Source: Octopus vulgaris (lineage: Eukaryota). Taken from it: DNA of 64,000 bases. Where the stretch lies: positions 63,240,001 to 63,304,000 of the forward strand of contig OX597828.1 in assembly GCA_951406725.2 (NCBI GenBank). Reading direction: 5' to 3'. The notes under the pieces are model-generated. The model saw only the letters and a program-made list of their open reading frames with translations. It made no database searches and was not told the origin of the DNA. Of this stretch, positions 1-9,252 are shown piece by piece (the stretch's first letter is position 1; every line of letters begins with the position of its first letter). The position numbers and the translations under genes are program-made.

Positions 1-146
1 TTAAATTTCTCTCGGAAGGCATTGGTCGACTCAAAGCCGTGTAGTGGGAGTGAACCCACGAAACACGCGTATTCAAATATCGTTATAACCCAGAGAGTAC
101 TCTGTATTGTCCAGGCATCAATACAAGTTGAGTTTTATACAGAAAC

Positions 147-181
<35 letters not shown>

Positions 182-199
182 GCAGAGAAAGAGATAAAT

Positions 200-737
200 A
201 GAGAGAGAGGAAAAAGAGAGAAAGAAGATTGTATGAATGGAAGAGCTGAGCTGTTGTTGGGAGAGACTGGAAGAGCCATGACTCAACTTGCTGAAGCAAA
301 AACGAGAGAGGTATGCAGTGTGGTGTATGTATGGAAGATCCTGGAGGGGTTGGCACCAAGCTTTAGTATCAAGAGCTATATCAGCCCCCTACCCAACCCC
401 GAACTGGACTGTTTCAAAGGTCCCAGCTAGAGGTGAGGACCATGTACTACAATAGCTCGGAATTCAAGGGCTCACAGCTATTAACGCCTTGCCAAAACAT
501 CCGAGGAATCTTCATGGAGTCGGGGTAGATGTTTTTAAGAAAGAGCTTCACCTCCTGCTATCCAAGGTCTCAGATGACCCTATATCAAGGCAGGAAACTC
601 AAAAAATGGTAGCAGTGTTGAATTCCCATCTTCACCAAAAGCCAATCACATGAGATTGGCCATTGAAAAGGTGTTTACACTGGCAGTGCTCCAGCATGGC
701 CACGGCCTTATGGCTGAAACATATAAAAGAATAAAAG
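200..737 (+). mobile_element. 3' end remnant of a CR1-group (CR1/L2-like) LINE: RT C-terminus and 3' UTR
   Basis: Decayed coding similar to the CR1-type 'L.Y.ERL...RRER...VWKILEGLAP' segment (ORF 107-430 ends with ...VWKILEGLAPSFSIKSYISP). Tail GTGCTCCAGCATGGCCACGGCCTTATGGCTGAAAC...AAAAGAATAAAAG. Clearly homologous to 56600-57090. Confidence 0.75.
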
Positions 738-742
738 TATAC

Positions 743-882
743 ATATTTATAAAACAGAAATTCAAATGAAGCAAGCTTGAAATTTCATTTCAATATGTGT
801 GTGTGTGTGTATGTGTATACACACACATACATATATTGAAATGAAACTTGCATCATTCGAATTTGTTTTCTAAATTTAAAAT
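743..882 (+). repeat. Left arm of ~140-bp inverted repeat flanking the ODF3-like gene
   Basis: ATATTTATAAAACAGAAATTCAAATGAAGC...TTTTCTAAATTTAAAAT is the reverse complement of 2387-2520, apart from 6 nt in the internal (TG)/(CA) tract. Confidence 0.95.
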
Positions 883-1354
883 CGTCATCTTGTATTAAAT
901 ATTTGTTGATAAAAGAGTTAATTGAAAACATTTAGTGTCATTTATTATATTTTTAATGAACCTTGATTGTATATGTGTTGTTGTTGAACCCTAGGCAAAG
1001 CTAGTTTAAGTAGAACTATGATCAGAAATGAAGCATTTAATTTTGTCAAATAGTGTCTCTGGAATTACAGTATCATATGTAATGTTTATAAAGACCATGG
1101 GATATGGCTGGAGGGTGGTTTAGCTGTTAGTTCTAGCAAGTCAAAAGAACACGTAGAGGTTCCCTCATTGGTTTGTGATGTGTGTGTGTTGGTGAGAACT
1201 TTTATTTACTTCATATTTTCATAAATTTTCTTCTCTTTGCAGGACACGCTGCTTGTACATGCCCCCACAATCCCCCATGCCTCTACAAATTGCTTGAATT
1301 GAGGATTCCCTTTTTTTTTTTCCTGACCCACCATCAAGTGAGTAAAACTTCATC

Positions 1355-2134
1355 ATGACCACGTTTGCTCCGACTAAACCACGGAGACCCGTGTATGCAA
1401 GTTACACAAATCCGGGTCCTTATTATAAAATGAACCCTTTGCTGGGGGACAAGGGCCATGACAAAAACAGTCTCTTTCCAAAGAGACCTGCTTATTATAT
1501 TGGTTTAAGAACACAGCGACGAATGATCACAGATACACCAGGCCCTTGTTATTTGTTAGACAATCCGTTAGTATACCGTGATGGCATGAAAAGTACCCCA
1601 AAGTTCTCAATTAAAAGCCGGAGAGACGACCACAACGTAGACAAAACTCCAGCCCCTGGTGACTACGATGTGATAAAGTGTACCCTGTCAGGTGCTGTGT
1701 ACCCCAGCCAACCAAGGTGCATCTTTGGAAAATCTTCATTTAGACGTGTTCCTGATGATACGCCAGCGCCTAACGCATATACCCTACCCCCAGTATTGAC
1801 ACACACTGTCGACGCCAGTAAAATCCAAGCACCAATCTATTCCATGCGAGCTAAGTTTGTTTTTGGCCATCCTTATGAAGACTTTTCAGAGACGCCTGGT
1901 CCTGCCGCTTACAAAGCAGCCAATCTTGATATGATCAACAAGAAAGCCCCTGGATTCACCATGCGACCATGGACCAGTCTTCCTACAGATAATACCAATA
2001 AACCAGGACCAGGAGCTCACAGGAATGAAATTGTCTGGGATAGCAAAAAGAAGACAGCCCCTTCTTTCACTTTTGGCATTCATCATTCACAGTATCTCAC
2101 TCCGCTTATGGATCAATGTATTGATTTAGCGTGA
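1355..2134 (+). CDS. ODF3: Outer dense fiber protein 3-like (ODF3/SHIPPO-1/CIMAP1 family, PGP-repeat ciliary/sperm-tail protein), 259 aa, uninterrupted CDS
   Basis: Six SHIPPO-type repeats (NPGPYY, TPGPCY, TPAPGDY, TPAPNAY, TPGPAAY, KPGPGAH), N-terminal PTKPR, C-terminal APSFTFGIHHSQY. In-frame TAA at 1343-1345 upstream of the ATG. Splice acceptor TTCTCTTTGCAG ending at 1242 suggests an upstream 5'-UTR exon. AATAAA at 2297-2306. Confidence 0.92.
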   Translation: MTTFAPTKPRRPVYASYTNPGPYYKMNPLLGDKGHDKNSLFPKRPAYYIGLRTQRRMITDTPGPCYLLDNPLVYRDGMKSTPKFSIKSRRDDHNVDKTPAPGDYDVIKCTLSGAVYPSQPRCIFGKSSFRRVPDDTPAPNAYTLPPVLTHTVDASKIQAPIYSMRAKFVFGHPYEDFSETPGPAAYKAANLDMINKKAPGFTMRPWTSLPTDNTNKPGPGAHRNEIVWDSKKKTAPSFTFGIHHSQYLTPLMDQCIDLA

Positions 2135-2386
2135 TGAGCAGTCACCACAATCATCATCTTCATTGTTTTGTCAGAGGAACTGAAAGAATGTTTCTATATT
2201 GAATATATATCGATTTTTCCCCACTGATTGATATTTCTGTAATTCTTTGGTCTAACAAAGCCATCAACTGAAAGATAAATAACAGTAAAATGTAAAAATA
2301 AATAAACTAGCTACCATACAAATCGAATAGCATTTCACTACCATTTACTCTTAAAATAATAACTTTACCACGTTAACTACATATAA

Positions 2387-2520
2387 ATTTTAAATTTAGA
2401 AAACAAATTCGAATGATGCAAGTTTCATTTCAATATATGTATGTGTGTGTGTATACACACACACACATATTGAAATGAAATTTCAAGCTTGCTTCATTTG
2501 AATTTCTGTTTTATAAATAT
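2387..2520 (-). repeat. Right arm of inverted repeat flanking the ODF3-like gene
   Basis: Reverse complement of 743-882. Confidence 0.95.
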
Positions 2521-3694
2521 ATCTTTCTATCCCCCGCACCCCACCCAATAAACTGATCTATGAATCAATACATCTCAATAATCAATACAACCAAAAGGTA
2601 TCACTCCAATTCTCTTTCCTTTTTTTCTTTCTCATCTCTCCTCTTGTGTTTTCTCTATCAAATTGATATGGAGATGATGATGATGCTGAGGTAAGGGCAA
2701 CGGTAAAGACAAAAATAACGATGACATCACACACTTTGATAAATGCAGGATTTGGTCGAAATAAGTTTTGTTAGGTCACCAACAGCAACAGCAACAATAA
2801 CGACGATGATTTCCACTTTGATAAACAATGAAGTGGTGGCGCTGGGGAAGAGATAGCGATAGCACAAGAGATGAAATGTGGGGTTCCTGCCTTTGCCGAG
2901 GTGGACAATGATCATTGATGATACAAAATATGAGATTTGGTTTCAAAACGAAGAATTTGTTTCAATTCTGAAGAATTGGCACAAGTTGTTTTAATTCTAG
3001 TTTGACTAGAATACTGATTCCCAAACAATCAACAACAGAACTATGTGGTCCCCTGCTAGAAATAGCAGCCTGTAGTCTTTAAAAAGTGAAAGATGTGTCA
3101 TCTTTCACTTTTTAAAGAAGAAAAACTGGGACGGTTATGGTTGGAATGTAAATAATCATGGATCTGAGGTAATCTGGGATTAAACAATGAAGGCCAAGAA
3201 TAAGAAGGGTGAATAAAGCTGATTATATTGTCCTTCCCCAAAATGCGTGATGGACTGTTGGCCTAAGTAGGATTAGAACTCACAATTTAGAAAGGAAAAT
3301 TACTTTAAAATGATTGCTGTGTCAAAGACACTTTAGCCATTCTGAAAACGTTTGTATCCTGATGTCAAAATTCCTGTTGCTTGAAACTGCTCCCTTAGAC
3401 ACTGACAAAAAAAACTGTGCTGTGTCTGGCAGTGACCAAGTCACAGTTTTGAGTGAGGATTACAAACAATAAATGTTTAAGTGGAGTTAAAGCAGTCTTT
3501 GAGTGTTTCTGAATGGCCAACTCCTGTCTTGTGTGCTGCAATCGTTTTGGATTCAATGAGCAAAACACTTGCCACCCAACTGCATCTCCACAATGTGGTT
3601 TTGGACCTGCATTTTGTCTGATAGAAATATTGGTATTAATAATAATAATATTTTAAAAGGATCAACGTAACTCCTCACAAAGGTAAATAGACAA

Positions 3695-4080
3695 TATAAA
3701 GCGGGTGGGGGTAAGTCGATTACAACGACCTCAGTACTCAACTGGTGCTTTATTTAATTAACCCCCAAAAGATGAAAGGGAAAGTTAACCTTGGCGGGAT
3801 TTTGAACTCAGAATGTAAATAGCTGGATCAAATACCACAAGGCACTTTGTCTAATGCCCCAATGATTCTGCTATTTCAATATACTTGTCTTACAAATTTT
3901 TAGGTGGAGAGGGCAGTTGATTATATTGACCCTAATATGTGACTGGTACTTTATTATACTGACCCCTGGAAGGATGAAAAGTAAAGTAATCCTGGAAGTG
4001 CATGATAGGATTTGAACTCAGATCATAATGGATTGTAAGTTAAATAGTGCAAGACATTTTGGTTGACATTTTAACAATTC
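3695..4080 (-). mobile_element. Two decayed copies of tRNA-derived SINE family A
   Basis: Degenerate matches to the recurrent GAGTTCAAAT(B box)...CTTTCATC...GGGGTC..TAAA..AGTACCAGT module. Confidence 0.7.
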
Positions 4081-4899
4081 CACATCATGGAAGATGAAGC
4101 AACAACAACAACACAAACATCCTTTTCTTTTTAAACTTCTTTTTCATGAGAAATCATTATTATTGTTTTTTCTTTACATTACTAATTATGTAATTAGTAT
4201 ATTAACATGAAAAAAAAACAAATAAAAAACCCCAAATGGAAACATAAACAACAAACTCACTTCCTCCTCCACTTGTCAATACAAACACAGAGGGAGCTTG
4301 TATTTGCAAGAAATAGCAGTCAAATCTCTCTCATATATCACACCCTACCACATTAAAAACAGAAAAACACATTGGACAGTGATGTAGTGTTTGATCCCTA
4401 AACTATCTCTTAGCAGGAGATAGTCATGGTTGGAACCCCTTTGGTCAGGGCTGAACTGGGGTGAGCAACAAAGAAATACAAAACTGAAACAACTGCAGCA
4501 GCAACAACAACAACACAGAGAAAGTGTTTTGAGAGTTTGTGATGTTCATGCATTTCCTTATTGTTCTTTTAACATTAAAATATATTTTCTTTAGAGGGGC
4601 ATAAAACCAGGACATTTATAGGAGGGAAGGGAGGGATGTGAAGTTGATGAGAATGTTTCCCCTTCCCAGTATAATTACTGGTATCTTAATTATATCAACT
4701 TCAGGCAGATAAAACACTGCAACTGACCAAGGAAGGACCAAATGCAGAAACAGAAAACCAATATCTGTAAGACATCTCGTTGGGTGCTTTACAGTAGCAT
4801 CTGTAAAGCAGGTGGGAGGCTTGAAAAGGATTAAAGACGGGAGCTGGGTGGCAGGGTCGGGTGAGAGACTTTCCCCACAAGCCACATGTATTTATTTTG

Positions 4900-5520
4900 T
4901 TCTTTATTTCACTGGCCCCAGAAGAATGAAAGGCAAAGCTGACATCTGCAGGATTTGAACTAAAAAATTAAAAGAGTTGGGACAAATATCACAAAGTGTT
5001 TCAGCCACTTCTTTGGGGATTTTACCAATCCATAACCTTTACAGAACTGAATAATAATAATAATAATAATCCTTTCTATTATAGGCACAAGGCCTGAAAT
5101 TTGGTAGTGGTGGGGGGACAGTCGATTAGATTGACCCCAGTACTCAACTGGTACTTAATTTATCGACCCCAAAAGGATGAAAGGCAAAGCTGACCTCGGT
5201 GGAATTTGAACTCAGAATGTAGTGGCAGACGAAATACTGCTAAGCATTACGCCTGGGGTGCTAATGGTTCTGCCAGCTCACTGCCTGATGGCTAAGAATA
5301 ATAAAAAACAATTTATTATTACTATTATTCTCTCTTCTATAGGCACAAGGGCTGAAATTTTAGAGAAGGGTCAGTCGATTATATTGACCCCAGTGCTTAG
5401 TTGGCACTTATTGATTTGAAAAGGTAAAATTGACCTCGGCAGAATTTGAACTCAAAGACATCGAAGAAATGCTGCGAAGCCTTTCATCTGGCGCAGTAAT
5501 GATTCTACGGGTTAAGTCAC
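4900..5520 (-). mobile_element. Head-to-tail cluster of three SINE family A copies (best copy 5071-5287); core resembles the Meta/Sauria-type SINE domain
   Basis: Minus strand reads GGCAGTGAGCTGGCAGAA...TTCTGAGTTCAAATTCC...TTTGCCTTTCATCCTTTTGGGGTCGATAAATTAAGTACCAGTT...GGCCTTGTGCCTATAATAGAAAGG(ATT)n. About 20 related copies occur in the window. Confidence 0.85.
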
Positions 5521-6299
5521 CTGCTTGATAATAATGATTTTTAAGAAGGACACAAGGCCATGGATTTATTGAGGGTGTGTAAGCAATTGTATCAGTTTAA
5601 GTTTGTTAATCCTGGAATAGGATTTGAACAGAGAACAGAAAGGGATGTGGATTGAAATACTACAAGGTATGGTACATGCTGCTGGACCAACATTGTCAAT
5701 TAAAAAATGGCAACAACAATAATAATGATGATTATTATGATGATGATGTGTAATTTAAAAAGATCTGAGGTGTGTGTATGCATGCATGCATGTATGTATG
5801 CATGTATATATATGTGTGTGTGTGTGTGTATGTATATATATGGATGTCTGCCCACAACACATTTCTGTCTGTAAAGCTAGTCAACGGTCAAAAGTTTCAA
5901 GCAATGCATGTAATATAAACATATATACATACGTTTATTAAATATATATACACACACTACATATATATATATCAAATGGGAATGGATGTGTTTAGTGTCT
6001 GACAAATTTACCAGTCAAGTTGTGGTTGATATTGTTAACCCCATTAAACTCCTCCTGTTGTGTAATCCCATAGGGGTCAGTGCAGTTTAAGAAGGACTAC
6101 AAAGTAATATAAAGAACAGATCCCTAGGTGAGGGTTAAAATGCTGTCATTTGTTGCATCTGTTAAACGTCTTGGTGTTTGATAATTAAGGTGCAATACAG
6201 GCTTACATCTCTGTCTGAGGAGGTGGCCAGTTTTGATTACCTCTGCTGCATTTATAAGTTGCATCTATGGATTGCTTTTATAACGACGTGACACCATTA

Positions 6300-6475
6300 A
6301 TTAACGACCAAATACTAAAACTTAGTAGTTGCCATAAAGGAATAAAAAGTTCATGGCAAAGATTTCTGATACTCAGATTCAGTCCCACTACGTGGCAAGT
6401 GTCTGCTACTACAGCTTTGGACCAACCAAAGCCTTGTGAGTGGATTTGGTAGATGGAAACTGAAAGAAGCCCGTC

Positions 6476-6513
<38 letters not shown>

Positions 6514-6740
6514 GTGTGTGAAACCGTGTGTGTGTGTCTTTGTGTCTGTTTGTTCCTCACCATCACTTGACAACTGGAGTTGGTGTGTTTACATCACTGT
6601 AACTTAGCAGTTTGGCAAAAGAAACTGATAGAATAATTACCAGGCTTCCAATGAATAAGTCCTGGGGTTAATTTGTTCAACTAAGACTGCTCAAGGCAGT
6701 GCTCCAGTATGGCCAGTCTGTAACCAGTAAAAGAATAAAA
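6300..6740 (+). mobile_element. tRNA-derived SINE family B copy with internal (TA)n/(TG)n
   Basis: TTCAGTCCCACTACGTGGCAAGTGTCT...AAAGCCTTGTGAGTGGATTTGGTAGATGGAAACTGAAAGAAGCCCGTCG, tail GGCAGTGCTCCAGTATGGCC. Same family as 14989-15381. Confidence 0.8.
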
Positions 6741-6781
6741 TACACACACACATGTATATATATATATATACACACACACAT

Positions 6782-6996
6782 AAGTAAACACAAATGGCTT
6801 TTAAAATTTATGACAGCTGTTTTGGTAAGAATGTATTAATGCATTCATAGATGATTGTATCATTACATATAATCCACCATCATCAGATAAAATTTTGCCT
6901 GATGATAGTCATATGTAATGATGCAATCTTATAAGAATGCCATCAATTTTTACTAAAACAGCTGATATAAATTTTAATTATAATTTGTGTTTACTT
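6782..6996. ncRNA. 215-bp imperfect palindrome composed of two divergent type I hammerhead-ribozyme-like folds (Penelope-type)
   Basis: Minus strand 6896->6803: AAAATTTTAT-CTGATGA-T-GGT-[loop]-ACC-AAAAC-AGCT-GTC-ATAAATTTT. Plus strand 6889->6975: AAAATTTTGC-CTGATGA-T-AGT-[loop]-ACT-AAAAC-AGCT-GAT-ATAAATTTT. Outer arms AAGTAAACACAAAT / ATTTGTGTTTACTT. Confidence 0.7.
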
Positions 6997-7293
6997 TTTA
7001 TACCGACGCTATACCAATGTTTGTAGCACAACACCATTGTTTCATGTGAGGGGTAGAATGCAAATATTCTCCATGTATGGAAGTAGGTTGACCATAGCCT
7101 TGTAAACGAACTTGGGCAGATGGAAACTGTGTGGAAGTTTATTGGATGGACTGTACATTTGACACACTTGAGAATTATGTTAAGGATATATGTGCCTGGA
7201 ATACTCAGCCAGTTTACATACTAATTCAATGACCAGAAAGTCCAAATGGTCAATCAAGTGCACACTCATATGTTGAGAGAGACAGGTGGGCCT

Positions 7294-7343
<50 letters not shown>

Positions 7344-7624
7344 ATGATACATATATGTGTGTGTGTGTGTGAGTAAAAATTTCTGTGCTTTTTTTTTTTC
7401 GTTGGAGCTAATTAATGTCAGCAGTAAATAAAAGATTATTAAAAGAGGTAGGGAGGAGGATGAGAGGGTAGTGAGAGAGTGAATTACAATAATAACAAGA
7501 AACAGTAACGATAATGAGACTTGTTGGTGATGATGGTGGAGGTGGGAGGGGAGCGGGTGTTACAGATGAAAACAAACAATCAAAATAAAAATAATCTAAC
7601 CCCCCTCCCCTCCCTTCCCCTTCT

Positions 7625-7842
7625 TTATAATTCTTCATTTTTCTTCTTGTCTTTGTTTTTGTCATCATCATCATCATCGTCGTCATCATTATCATCTTCG
7701 TCATCAGTTTCTTCATCACTTTTATCATCTTCATCTGATTCCTCACTGCTGGCTTTTCTCTTGGCTTCTGCCGCCTCTACTACATCTTTCTTGAGCGGGG
7801 CTTTTGGCATTTCAATCTCCATGTCATCAGATGTACACACAC
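7625..7842 (-). CDS. CNPY2: CNPY2-like last coding exon (acidic tail, ER-retention-like NEEL)
   Basis: Acceptor TTCTTCACTACAG; encodes VCTSDDMEIEMPKAPLKK...DDDDDDKNKDKKKNEEL-stop. Confidence 0.88.
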
Positions 7843-7912
7843 CTGTAGTGAAGAAGAAGGTATGAGATGCAAAGAACAAACAGGTACATATATATATATA
7901 TATATATAGATT

Positions 7913-7978
<66 letters not shown>

Positions 7979-8470
7979 GAGGTAGACAGGCTTAATTTAT
8001 CCAATGTTGATTGCTTCCATTATGGTGTGCATATTGTAATGGACTATATCTTCCAATATTATGATGGCGCTGAGCCCCCAGAAACAGCTGTTGGACGCAT
8101 AGCACACCTTACTTCCTCCCTTTTCAATTTCTCTATCGCTTGTACTCTGTGTAAGTTGGACCTGCTCATATAAATGTCTATGCTTACAATGAAATATTCA
8201 TTGTCTGAAGGTCTCCACTCTTTGCTTTCTTTCGTTTTGCATGAATCCATATAAACATATTTTGTATTTCATACCCAAGCTGTTATATTTAATATATTTA
8301 ATTTGTTTATCCACATAATTGCCTCCATATTTGGTCATCTTTATCCCTCTAATAACCATTCTTTAACCTGTGGAACTGATCCCCTGCAAAGACATCAGTG
8401 TCTAAGATTGAATCATTTGAGTGTTACCAAGTGTCTTCTATACTGAGAATCTCTGGATCTCATCTGTGGG

Positions 8471-8516
<46 letters not shown>

Positions 8517-9206
8517 AATTAATCAAAGGACATATCAAGTATGTCTACCTGCTGGAAATAACAGTCAAAACTAATTAAAATCACCAAAATACACTGATTA
8601 TAAATACAGAAGTTAACCATCTGAAGGCAAATGAGCTGAGACAATCTTTCAGCATAAGTATTTGGACTGATGCGAACTGGTTTCTAGACTGGCATAATAG
8701 CCTCACCTTCCTCAGCATGCATTGAGAGCCCCAACCCGTCGTGTCGAAGTCTGTGCTGCAGCTGATTTGTTTTGCGCCAAAATCATGGAAGCCACCACTG
8801 TGCAAATAATTCACGAGAAAAATAATTTGCTAAGATATCATTAACTCTGTTATTATCTAGTATAACAATTTTAAAAGGATAATAACAATAATAAAGGCAA
8901 TTGTATTATTGATTTTGTTGTTATCATTTTAAAATTGTTACACTAGGTAATATCAAAGTCAATGGTATCTTTGCAAATAATTTTTTTGTGAATTATTTGC
9001 TCCGTATATATCATCATCATCATCATCATCATCATTTAGCGTCCGCTTTCCATGCTAGCATGGGTTGGACGGGTCAACTGGGGTCTGTGAAGCTGGAAGG
9101 CTTCGTCAGGCCCAGTCAGATCTGGCAGTGTTTCTACAGCTGGATGCCCTTCCTAACGCCAACCACTCCGCGAGTGTAGTGGGTGTTTTTTACGTGCCAT
9201 CTGCAC

Positions 9207-9252
<46 letters not shown>

